Below, piece by piece: positions 12,421-23,228 of a stretch of 35,421 nt of DNA. Source of the DNA: Octopus sinensis (Eukaryota). How positions within the stretch are numbered: the stretch's first letter is position 1; each line of letters begins with the position of its first letter. Location: the NCBI RefSeq assembly GCF_006345805.1, contig NW_021836879.1, forward strand, positions 1 through 35,421, given 5' to 3'. A program made the position numbers and the translations under genes. The notes under the pieces were generated by a model that was given only the letters and a program-made list of their open reading frames with translations, did no database searches and had not been told where the DNA came from.

Positions 12421-12735
12421 AAGGCACGTGGCTTAGTGGTTAGGGTATTTGGCTCTCGATCGTAAGGTCATGAGTTCGATTCCTGGTGGTGCGTTGTATC
12501 CTTGAGCAAGACATTTTATTTCACGTTGCTCCAGCCCACTCAGCTGGCAAAAATGGGTTGTACATGTATTACAAAGGGCTGGCTTTGTCACATTCTGTGT
12601 CACGCTGAATCTCTCCGAGAACTACATTAAGGGTACGCGCGTCTGTGGAGTGCTCAACCACTTGTACGTTAATTTCACGAACAAGATGTTCCGTTGATAG
12701 GACCATCTGGAACCTTCGTCATCGTAACCGAGTGT
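12421..12735 (+). mobile_element. SINE family C, full length
   Basis: A box tggcttagtgg (12429-12439), B box gagttcgattcc (12472-12483), ccttgagcaagaca motif. Same family as 24048-24650. Confidence 0.92.
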
Positions 12736-12896
12736 GCGAGTGTGCTGCTAAAAACTACCACATTCATGGTGTCTATTTTGCTAAGGACTTTTGGCTGATA
12801 TTTCTACTCGGTAGAAACATTACAAGTAAGCTTCCTTTAGTATAGTGACATTATAGTAGTGCATTGACAGCAGTGGTTTGATATGTGGTGGCCAAA

Positions 12897-13690
12897 AGGC
12901 GGCGAGTTGGCAGAAATGTTAGCATGCCGGGCGAAACGCTTAGCGGTATTTCGTCTGCCGTTACGTTCTGAGTTCAAATTCCACCGAGGTCGACTTTGCC
13001 TTTCATCCTTTCAGGGTCGATGAATTAAGTACCAGTTACGCACTGGGGTCGATATAATCCCTTTGTCTGTCCTTGTTCGTCCCCTCTATGTTTATCCTCT
13101 TATGGGCAATAAAGAAATAAGAAACGTTAGCACGCCGGGAGAAATGCTTAGCGGAATTTCATCTGCCGCTACGTTCTGAGTTCAAATTCCGCCGAGGTCG
13201 ACTTTGCCTTTCATCCTTTCGGGATCGATAAATTAAGTACCAGTTACGCACTGGAGTCGATGTAATCGACTTAATCCGTTTGTCTGTCCTTGTTTGTCCC
13301 CTCTATGTTTAGCCCCTTGTGGGTAATAAAGAAATAGGTATTTCGTCTGCCGCTACGTTCCGAGTTCAAATTTCGCCGAGGTCGACTTTGCCTTTCATCC
13401 TTTCGGGGTCGATTAAATAAGTACCAGTTACGCACTGGGGTCGATATAATCTACTTAATCCGTTTGTCCTTGTTTGTCCCCTCTGTGTATAGCCCCTTGT
13501 GGGCAGTAAAGAAATAGAAATAGGTATTTCGTTTGTCTTAACGTTCTGAGTTCAAATTCCTCCGAGGTCAACTTTTCCTTTCATTTCTTTCGTGGTCGAT
13601 AAATTAAGTACCAGTTGCATACTGGGGTCGATCTAATCGATTGGCCCCTTCCCCCAAAAATTCGGGCCTTGTGCCTAGAGTAGAAAAGGA
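12897..13690 (+). mobile_element. Head-to-tail tetramer of SINE family A
   Basis: Units start at about 12897, 13120, 13337 and 13523, each with gttc(t/c)gagttcaaatt…gaggtc(g/a)acttt(g/t)cctttcat. Only the last has the cttgtgcctagagtagaaaag tail. Confidence 0.92.
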
Positions 13691-13794
13691 TATGTGATAG
13701 TAAAAAAAAAAAAAAGATAAAGAGAGAGAAGGAGCGAAAGAGAAAGAAAGATGGAGATAGAAAGAGCGTATCAGTAGATATGTGGTCCCGATTG

Positions 13795-14430
13795 TGGCGA
13801 CGGTGATGATGGTGAGACTGGTGGTTTACTACTGGTGTAGATGATGTTAAAGAGATGGCGCTGGTAGTACTGGACGGAAAGGAGGTGTTGGTGGCACTAG
13901 ATATAGAGGCAACACTGGAGGCACTGGATAAAGAGATAGCGTCACTAGTGCCTGAGGGCGAGAGAGAAAGAGAGAGAGGTGGTGGTGGTGGTGGCGGTGG
14001 TTATTGTTGTGGTTTTGATGATGCTGGATAAAAAGGCGGCGTTGGTGTCACTGGATAGCTTGATGATTTTGGTGGTGTTGGTAGCCCTGTATAGAAACAC
14101 AGAGCTCGGTAATGAGGTAGTGGTTTTGGTATAGGTGGCGTTGCGTAAAGAAGTGGACGTTGGTGGCTTTAATGGTACTCGATAGAGCTGGTGTTGGCGA
14201 TGCTAGACTCAGAAGTGGTGTTGGTGATGTTGATGGTTCCGGGTAAGGCGGTGGTGTTGGTAGTGGTAAATAAAAAGGTTAGTGATGGTAGGTATTTGTG
14301 GTTCTGGATAGTTATGCTGTGCTTGTGCTGCTGGATATTATATTCGAGTTGTTGTTCATGATGTTGGTTATGGCCTAACTGGCAATGTTGTTAGCAGTGG
14401 GTTTGCTTTTGAAGGTGAAAGTGGTGTGGG
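13795..14430. repeat. Degenerate GGT-rich minisatellite-like tract (ggtgttggtggcactggatag-like units)
   Basis: Recurring tggtggcact(a/g)gata and ggtgttggt motifs at irregular 24-30 bp spacing. Confidence 0.55.
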
Positions 14431-14509
14431 TTAGCGGGATACCTGACTCAATACTGGCTGGGAAATATGATTCACTCGTCTTAAATTGGATCTCACAATG
14501 TTTAATGTT

Positions 14510-14762
14510 ACATAAATATACACACATATATACATACATATATACATACATACGCACACAGAGGCAAATAGTGTGACTCTCACACATACACATACACGCC
14601 TATATATACGTATATGTAAATGTATATATATATATTATATATATATATATATTAAATGTATTTGTATATATACATATATATATATTTATACATGTACATG
14701 TATATGTATATACATATACATACATACACACGTACATATACATACATAAACATGCATACATA

Positions 14763-14818
<56 letters not shown>

Positions 14819-14847
14819 ATATTTATATCTATTTCTATATATCTATG

Positions 14848-14896
<49 letters not shown>

Positions 14897-14907
14897 ATAT
14901 ATGCGAT

Positions 14908-14945
<38 letters not shown>
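14510..14945. repeat. (TA)n/(TACA)n tract
   Basis: Direct reading. Confidence 0.95.
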
Positions 14946-14950
<5 letters not shown>

Positions 14951-15221
14951 CAAGAGTGGTACAAACGGTAGAAATGAAGGCGAAAGAAGAAAGAGAGAAA
15001 GAAAGAAATAGAACAGAAATAGAGAAGAAAGCGATTGGAAATGTAGGGGCAGGTTGGGAGCAACTGCCTCCTACACATCATAATAGTAGCGAAGTTTAAG
15101 TGATGGATGATGTGGACCTCATTTAACTGTACACATTGACCATAATTCTCACTTGGCGTGAGGTTTCTTTGATTGCCGTCACATGATTTATTGTCCACTT
15201 ATAAACTGCAGCAGCAGCAGT

Positions 15222-15258
15222 AATGGTAATAATAACGATGATGATGATGATGATGATG

Positions 15259-15304
<46 letters not shown>

Positions 15305-15354
15305 TGATGACGATGATGATGATGATGATGATGATGATGATAATAATAATAATA

Positions 15355-15393
<39 letters not shown>

Positions 15394-15434
15394 TGATGAC
15401 GATGATGATGATGATGATGATGATGATGATAATA

Positions 15435-15500
<66 letters not shown>

Positions 15501-15610
15501 TAATAATAATAACAATAATCATAATGATGATGCTGATGATACTAAAAACAAGATAATAAAAATAAAAATACAGTAATGGTAATAATAATGGTGATAATAA
15601 TAAGATAAAG
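15222..15610. repeat. Alternating (GAT)n/(AAT)n compound microsatellite
   Basis: Direct reading. Confidence 0.95.
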
Positions 15611-15879
15611 AAGAAGAGGAACGAGTATAAAAAAAGAGCAAGAGGAAGCAGATGAAGTGAAAGTGAAAGAAGGGAAAACGAAAAAGTGTTTGTTGGCAGA
15701 TTTTGCAGTTTTGTTTCATAAAAATATGTCAGTGTTAATGTATTTAGGTATGTACACATACACACACACACACACAAACATATATGTACACATACGTCGA
15801 TATATACCTACAGACAGGCGCACGCACATAAAATAGTGCTTTACTTCATGATGTAATATCTATAATGCGCTATGTATAT

Positions 15880-16190
15880 GTAATCGTAAATATATAACAG
15901 TGGAATGAGATGTTATTCAGGTATATATTTACGCATTTGTTCCCGGTTTGAAGCAGACTTAATGCATTTGTGACCTTGTATACGAGGATGTCGATTAGTC
16001 TCCTTTTCACCAACGCTTCACGGAGGCCACTAGTCTGGTGCTATATAATCCTAAAGATTTCCGAGCATCCATCCTTGAGTTATATGAGCTTTATGTGTTT
16101 CAACAACACATATGACTTTCCACTTTCTCTATAACTTTCTCCAGTACCTCATTGTATTCATCAGCATTAGTTCTGAAGAAATAGACAGCG
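15880..16190 (-). pseudogene. Degraded Tc1/mariner-superfamily transposase C-terminus, DD37D/maT-like
   Basis: Manual minus-strand translation gives RTNADEYNEVLEKVIE, then in another frame HKAHITQGWMLGNL*DYIAPD*WPP*SVGEKETNRHP…HLIP. This matches the HKA…TQxW…WPPxSPDLNP…ERETN pattern, with the SPDLNP segment deleted. Confidence 0.7.
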
Positions 16191-16198
16191 AGGCTGTG

Positions 16199-16381
16199 CA
16201 GTTCTATATTTAAGAGATGAGGAATTATGCACATTATTTACATTTGACGGATATTTGTCCCCATCTTGTTTGTTGTTAACACAACGTTTCGGCTGATATA
16301 CCCTCCGGCCTTCATCAGGTGTCTTGGGGAAATTTCGAACCTGGGTTCTCATTCCTAAGGTATTTTTTTATGTTGTTGTTG

Positions 16382-16459
<78 letters not shown>

Positions 16460-16533
16460 TGGTTACTGCCTGGAATCGAACTCGGAATCTTGGGGTTAGT
16501 AGCCTTCGGTCTTAACCACTACACCATATGCCC
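16199..16533 (-). mobile_element. tRNA-headed SINE-like element (family D) carrying a hammerhead ribozyme motif
   Basis: Minus-strand order: head gggcatatggtgtagtggttaag (A box 16516-16526), B box gagttcgattcc (16472-16483), (AAT)n/(AAC)n spacer (about 16370-16458), body, hammerhead motif (16278-16323), 3' tail. The left boundary is approximate. Confidence 0.75.
16278..16323 (-). ncRNA. Minimal type-I hammerhead ribozyme motif
   Basis: 5'-GACAC CUGAUGA A GGCCGG AGGGUAUA UCAGCC GAAAC GUU GUGUU-3'. Both core boxes are present, with stem I GACAC/GUGUU, stem II GGC.GG/UC.GCC, and a loopless palindromic stem III (AACGUU). The GUU triplet and one extra A after CUGAUGA are non-optimal. Confidence 0.72.
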
Positions 16534-16839
16534 ATGGACTGTAGTTAAGTGCTTTACTAACGGAAAGTCTAGACTGTATATTCATCCAATTCGACATAAT
16601 GGAATCATAACCATTAATGTTTAAGAAAAATGATGGGTTTCTAGTCTTTAAAGGACGCTTTACCACCTAACCGAAGCTAATCAATTAAATCTCATACTGT
16701 GATATGTTCTGTGCGGATATTCATAAGAAATTGATAAACTCATCTCGCATAGGACTTTATAGGAACGACGGTCTGACAGTCCGTCACTATAGACAAATTT
16801 AGAAATAATTTTATAAGTATTTTTTGTCTTTTACTGCTT

Positions 16840-17205
16840 TTGATCATTAAAATACGGCCATGCTAGAGCACCGCTTCGAAGGGTTTAGGTAAGCAATGAA
16901 TACCAGTACTTATTTTAAAGTCTGGCATTTCTTTAATTGAATTCTTTGTTGCCAGACCGCCATGTTATGGAAACGGAAACAAACCAACCTTTGGTGTCAA
17001 GCGGTGTTGGAAGAACACACACACACACACAAACACACACGACGGGCTTCAACGCAGTTTCCGTCTACCAGATTAACTCACAAGGCATTGGTACTCGCGG
17101 CAATTTTAGAAGAGACTTGCTCAAGGTATCGTGCAGCAGGACTGAACTCGGAACCACGTGTTTGCAAATCGCATTTCTTAACCATACAGCCATGTCAACG
17201 CCTCT
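16840..17205 (-). mobile_element. SINE family B, diverged full-length copy
   Basis: cgacgggcttc…gtttccgtctacc…ctcacaaggc…ggactgaactcggaacc aligns with 18463-18900. Confidence 0.85.
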
Positions 17206-18462
17206 CCACACAGCCATGCCTAATTAAGGATTTATACTTAATCATAACAATCAACACTGATCTAACAATTATTAATATTTCAGATATTGCCAAGAAGATC
17301 AATCTTATGGAGCTGAACCATCATTGAGTAGGATTGATACTTCCTCGCTACTATCACAATAGAAAATTATGCTAAACTGAGCCAACGCAGACAATGGATT
17401 ATTCAAAGCATATGCTATTATAGAAGGCACAGAATTTCGACTGACTTTTGTAAATTGCTGTCTTGCTTATAAAGATTTTCCTACTCCTACGTGACTCGTT
17501 TCCCATTACTAAGAGCCGCTCCTTTCAACAAGATAAAACATATTGTATAAAACTTTATAAGTATAGCCTACTCCTATAGAAATCCAAATTAATATTTAGT
17601 TTATTCTCTAAGGTCTCTAAGCTCGATAGACAGTGTGAGATAATATCCAACCTGTTCTCATACAGGAACATATCCAATCGAGTTACATCCTAATACAATG
17701 AAGCATTATTAAGAAGCAGTTACAGATATAAAAGAAAATAGAATATGTGGAAAATGCTCCATAACCTAGTAGAAGGAGTAAAGAAATTGGTTTAACCTTA
17801 CACTATATTTAAAACATAGAGTCTAATACAATCAGTAACATCCTGTCTGCGAGAAGTAAACATTTTTCCGTGAGACATAAGTGTTGTAAGTTCTTTAATA
17901 GAAACATAATAATGTTAGTTACAGGTGACAAAATAATACTATATACAAAATATCCAATCTCAACTAAGGTCATACAAAGAATGACGCAATACTCAATCAT
18001 CAGCATGGAAGTACAATAATACCACGCTCTGTCCCCTCGACGGTATGGGCCTTACGAAGGAACTTATAGAGCAAAGATAACAATTGCAAATGGTCGATGG
18101 GACTCACAGAAAATAAATATGTATAAAATCATATACACACAGTATATGCTCCATTCTGCATTCCGACCAGGTTAGATGCAATTTCATCTCTCTATTCTAA
18201 TTGAAAAACGAAAGATTTGTGAATTATCAAAAGGGTGGTGCTCCAGCATGACCACATCTTTAAAGCTGAAACAGTTTAAAGAATTACAGAATTAAATATC
18301 GTTGAACAAGATCGTGATTGAAACAGCAGCCCTATATATAAATGTACTTGCTAAACGCATCATGAGCTTTATGCAAAACTGTAGCATCTCTACACAACAT
18401 TTCAACGTATTCGACAAAAATGCAAAATATTGTTCATATGCAGACGTATGAATATGGGTAAT

Positions 18463-18900
18463 ACTCTTTTACTCTTTTACTCTTTTACTCTTTTACTCTT
18501 TTACTTGTTTCAGTCATTTGGCTGCAGCCATGCTGAAGCACCGCCTTTAGTCTTACAAATCGACCCCAGGACTTAGTCTTTGTAAGCCTAATATATATTC
18601 TATCGGTCTCTTTTTGCCGAACCGCTAAGTTACGGGGACGTAAACACACCAGCATCGGTTGTCAAGCGATGTTGGGAGGTGGGGACAAACACAGACACAC
18701 AAACACACATATACATATATATATACATATACATATATACGACGGGCTTCTTTTCAGTTTCCGTCTACCAAATCCACTCACAAGGCTTTGGTCGGCCCGT
18801 GGCTATAGTAGAAGACACTTGCCCAAGGTGCCATGCAGTGGGACTGAACCCGGAACCATGTGGTTGGTAAGCAAGCTACTTACCACACAACCACTCCTAT
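18463..18900 (-). mobile_element. SINE family B, full length (CORE-like domain, internal CA/TA tract, (GAGTAAAA)n tail)
   Basis: Minus-strand A box tggttgtgtgg (18883-18893), B box gggttcagtccc (18840-18851), caccttgggcaagtg resembling the start of the CORE domain, and an 8-mer tandem tail. Confidence 0.92.
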
Positions 18901-19267
18901 GAAGGAAAATTGAAGTCGATCTTCCACGCAAACAGTCACTATGCACAGCGACTATACAATCTTTCCACTCGTTCCACGGTAGAAATAGCAGTCAAATCTT
19001 CTATAAATCACATTATGGCTTTTTTTAAAGGGGACACATTTGATAATGTAGTTCCTCATAATGAAGACAGTTGGGAAGTCTTTGAAATATAGGCCTACTT
19101 GATCAGGGCTAAGTTAGAGGTAAACAACTGCAAGAAGAAGGAGGAGGAGGAAGAGAAGAAGAACAACAACAAAAACTACAACAACAACAGCAACAACTAC
19201 AGAAATCACATTCACGAAAAGAAGAAATTAATGCAATCACCACAGAACGTTGTCAGCGGCAAGTTCA

Positions 19268-19407
19268 TGTCACGTGACACGGTGTTTAGTGTTTCCTGAT
19301 TAAGCATTGGACGATTTCCCAATTACAGGCTTTGTTCAACGGAAACCGCTTTGACAATCTCCGTTTGAATAAAACGCAATATGGCGGCCAAGGGTCCGGC
19401 AGTGAAT
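19268..19407 (+). promoter_or_regulatory. Candidate cis-regulatory island (E-box palindrome, CCAAT, YY1-like)
   Basis: tGTCACGTGACa (19268-19279), ATTGG (19306-19310), CCAAT (19319-19323), caatATGGCGGCC (ATG at 19381) in unique sequence. Motif matches only. Confidence 0.25.
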
Positions 19408-19442
19408 GGCAATTTAATGAACAAATCTTAATAACTTCTAGT

Positions 19443-19443
19443 G

Positions 19444-19498
<55 letters not shown>

Positions 19499-20330
19499 CA
19501 CACACACACACATGCACAGTTTTACAGAACTCACATATACACAATAACACACCGATACGTATACATTCTTCTATTAATACACACAAATATTTCTCTTACA
19601 CTCTCTATTTGTCTCTCTTTCTTTCACACACACACATACACACACATACACGCACACACACACATACACACACAAACAACATACACACCATCCGGATTCA
19701 CGTTCACGCAAATTTTTACAAAGTTTTATAATCGCACATATACACACACAAACACAAACAAAACCACACGCATGGGTGCTCATGCACTCCTGGAAACTTA
19801 CGCATATACCCACATAAGCACAAGTCAACACACACACACACACACATATACACACATGCATGCGCCGAATACACACCCATACACACAAAACCATCGTCTC
19901 TTTTTCTATTTTAATGTATTCACATCCAAGATCTCTCTCTCTTTCTCTGTCTGGTCTCTTTCGTCTCATCACTTCCTGTCCTTTATCCCCCACCTTTTCT
20001 ATTACATCTCCTCCTCCCTCCTCTCTCACTAATAAATTTTCCCTCTTCCCTTCTTTCATAACTCAAACACTTAACTCATCTTACATTTCTATTTCCTTCC
20101 AAGCGCTCCATCTCCCCTCTCTCTCTCTTTCTATCTCCCTCTCTCACCAATGCACGTTCTTTGTATGTTATTACCCTTACCACATTCACTTACCAATCCA
20201 TTCTCTCTGCCATCTTTTTGTTTTTATACACATCTCTTTCTCACAACGTTTCTCCTTCCTCCTTTATATTCCTACTTTCTGTATATGCGTGTTTGTTTGT
20301 TAGTGTGACTGTCTCTACGTGTGTTTATAC
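19443..20330. repeat. (CA)n and CT-rich low-complexity region
   Basis: Direct reading. Confidence 0.9.
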
Positions 20331-20395
20331 GCACGCATAACGATAATGTTTATATACGTCAACTTATCAAGAATCTCATATTAACAAGCTTATAA

Positions 20396-20615
20396 AGGCA
20401 GCGTGCTAGCAGAATTGCTAGCGCGGCGGACAAAATGCTTTGCAGCTTTTCTTCTGGCTCTAAACGTTCTGAGTTCAAATCACGCCGAGCTCAACTTTGC
20501 CTTTCATCCTCTCAGGGTCGATAAAATAAAGTACTAGTTGAACACTGGTGTTAATGTAATCGACTTCCCCTCCCCTCAAAACTACCGGCTTTATGCTAAT
20601 ATTAGAATGAATATT
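20396..20615 (+). mobile_element. SINE family A (outer, older insertion)
   Basis: Head, B box and core present. Perfect 18-bp TSD atattaacaagcttataa at 20378-20395 and 20842-20859. Confidence 0.92.
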
Positions 20616-20831
20616 GGCTTCAAATTTTGGCACAAGGCCAGCTTGTTCGGGGGTAGGGGATTAAGTCGATTACACTGACCCTAGTATTCAACTGGTGCTC
20701 ATTTTATCGACTCGAAAGGATGAAAGGCAAAGACGACCTCGGCGTGATTTGAACTCGAAACAAAGATGGTCGAAGTGACGCTAAGTATTTTACCTGGCGT
20801 GCTAACGATTCTACCAGCTCACTGCCTTAAA
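20616..20831 (-). mobile_element. SINE family A inserted antisense into the tail of the preceding copy
   Basis: 15-bp TSD attagaa(t/a)gaatatt at 20601-20615 and 20832-20846. Confidence 0.92.
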
Positions 20832-21769
20832 ATTAGAAAGAATATTAACAAGCTTATAACACAGGCAGTTATATCAAAGCTATCTCTGAGACAATTCATA
20901 AGTACATAGCTAACGACAACTTTAATCAGCCAAAACCTGCCCCGCTGGTATTAATATCTGCTACAAGTAAAAATATACGATTAATAAAAGTAAAAAGAAA
21001 AGTATCAGAATCTACTATAAATATTGGTTACACATTTTGGCACGAAGTCAGGAGTTTTAGGAAAAGTGGGTCAGACGATTCTGCTCACCCATCACCCCAA
21101 TGTCTACTATAGATAATGCTGATAAATTAGCAAAATAAATATGTAATATAGAGAAGAAAAACACAAAGGAATTGAATTTGAAAATGGCAAAAGAACTACT
21201 AGTCCAAAGTTCAAAAAGCAACCACTCATTAGACCAACGGGTCCAAATTGCAGCTCCTGGCAAAATAAATATAAACTAACAATATTTAAAGTTATTTACA
21301 TGTCAAAGGACAGCTGACCAAAACATAAAAGAACAACTGTTTATAATATAACAGTGATAAACTGTATATGAAACTAACGTATTTACTCTGAAGATTTCTA
21401 AAAAGAACGAAATAGTATTGTACGTTATTTTCATTGTCTAGAAATTCTAAGACCTTCATAATAAATATGCCCTCCACCCAAATAAATAAGAGAATAAAAA
21501 ATAAACTAACATGCGTGATTTATGCATACTTCAATTTCAAATTCAGACATCAAGCCTTGCCAAATACCAGAAGAAATTATCATCTCCCTTGTATTAACTT
21601 CCCACCCAGGGACACTCGTGCAACTAAAAAGAAAATGGAAAAGAGAAACAGAGAGGGAAAAAAAAACAATCCCTCGCAGTATAAGAAATATTCTTATCAG
21701 TAACTGGTAAGATTTGTCTCCCAACACAACATCCACTCTCAGTGAAAGATAAAGATAAATATTGATATT

Positions 21770-21877
21770 AAATGTCGGCACAAGGTCAGCGATTACTCAG
21801 CTGGTACTTATTTTATCGACTCCGAAAGAGTAAAAGGCAAAGTCGACCTCGGTGGAATTTGAACTCAGAACGTAAAA
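21770..21877 (-). mobile_element. SINE family A, core fragment
   Basis: aaaggcaaagtcgacctcggtggaatttgaactcagaacgtaa. Confidence 0.85.
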
Positions 21878-22309
21878 CCACCATGCTTTCTATTGTTAAC
21901 GTATTTGTTAAAAGCCAAGCGTTAAATCACTTTCTCCGTTCTCCCACTCACTGACTGCAGAGAAACACAGTTCAAAAGATAAGCGCAGTTGTCCACTTGG
22001 ATTGGACTGAAACATATTAGATGGCACTATTTATGAGGTGAAATGGTTGAGTGGTTAACATACTGGTTCACCAACTCGTAGATCTTGTGTTCAAATCAAG
22101 AGCAAGTTATATTTATGTTCTCGAACGGAGCACATAATTTTCTGTATCTCATTTCAGCTTCAGCAGATTCTAGCGAATAGTTACGAAACATTTTAGCAAT
22201 GTTGTCTACAATAGACTGGCGTAGTATTCTGTCATAAATCTATCATTCATACTTTATACTTCAGTGAATCCTAGAGTTACTGCGTTAGTGACAACCTCTG
22301 TTGTAAAAG

Positions 22310-22690
22310 TATTGGTATTAGCTAATTCAGAGTGGTGGATTGATAGAAATGTCGTACAAAATAACTAATGGTATTAACTTATATTCTGAGTTCAAATCCT
22401 GCTGAAGTCATCTATACCATTCATCTTCCGGGGTTGATGTAATAAAGTAGAAGCTAAGTATTAGAGTCGATTTCATCGGCTATAGCCCACCACCATATTC
22501 ATTGCCTTTTCACATATGCTCGAAATCAATGTTGGATAATTCTAGGGCAGTGAACCAGCAGAACCATTGGAGCGTCTGATACAATACCTTTCGTTATTTA
22601 GTAACGGTCTTTGATGTTGTGAGTTCAAACTTCGCCTTTCATCCTTCCGCTGTCGATAAAATAGTTTCATTCAATAGAGGCAATTTACTC
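22310..22690 (+). mobile_element. Two heavily diverged SINE-A remnants
   Basis: attctgagttcaaatcc…catcttccggggttgat (about 22384-22438) and gagttcaaacttcgcctttcatccttccgctgtcgataaaat (about 22621-22662). Confidence 0.6.
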
Positions 22691-22769
22691 GACTATACCA
22701 GAAGTTTTCGAATATCATCCTTGTCATTACTAACCCATAATTTCATCATCATCGTCGTCGTCGTCGTCG

Positions 22770-22800
<31 letters not shown>

Positions 22801-22869
22801 CATCATGACCATCATCAACGACAACAACAGCAGCAGCGGCCACTGGACATTACTGTTTTGAGTCCTGGG

Positions 22870-23100
22870 GTTCGTAGGGCCGGTTACCCGGTTTCCACTA
22901 CGTATTAATGGCCGAGATCACAGCATTTACCCCCTGAACAAGAGAGGCCATTTTATCGCAGATTTACTAATTTACAGCTGAATGGGACTGGTGTAATGTG
23001 AAATGAAGTGTTTTGTTCAAGAACACATCTCCAGGACCTGGAATCGAAACCACGATCTTGAGATGGTGAGTGTATCACCCTAACCACTAGGCCAGGCACA
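22870..23100 (-). mobile_element. SINE family C' diverged copy
   Basis: ggacctggaatcgaaaccacgatc…ccctaaccactaggcca is the reverse complement of the head at 11526. Confidence 0.8.
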
Positions 23101-23228
23101 TTCACAACCCATCTATTACTCCACTCTCTAAACTATAACATACATTCAAATCACTATTGTTAACCAACAAAGTATTTTCTAGTCTCCCTTGCAAATAATG
23201 ACTGATCCTACAAAGAAACCCCTTGGAC

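Noticed and set aside
12124-12465. 113-aa ORF in mostly unique sequence
   Set aside because: No recognisable domain; its end is the SINE-C head and its middle a GTT tract.
12897-13690. CRISPR-like or tRNA-gene-like tandem array
   Set aside because: Units are ~200-bp SINE copies without unique spacers, the context is eukaryotic, and there are no cas genes.
16234-16290. Alternative hammerhead fold using the downstream CGUC as cleavage site with a long stem III loop
   Set aside because: The bases after that GUC (AAAUG) cannot pair with GACAC, so stem I does not form; the minimal fold was preferred.
16459-16533. Functional tRNA gene (likewise the heads at 12421 and 18830-18900)
   Set aside because: A and B boxes are present, but I could not form a proper acceptor and anticodon cloverleaf, and each head runs into a SINE body.
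12151-18002. Other CUGAUGA occurrences (about 12151 plus, 16157 minus, 17996 minus) as additional hammerheads
   Set aside because: No stem II followed by GAAAC and no stem I complementarity.
17300-18200. Possible ancient L1/Tx1 ORF2 remnant (WKMLHNL; PISTKVIQ…CPLDGMGLTKEL resembling SPGxDGLTxEF)
   Set aside because: The similarity is too weak and fragmented to call by eye; BLASTX would decide.
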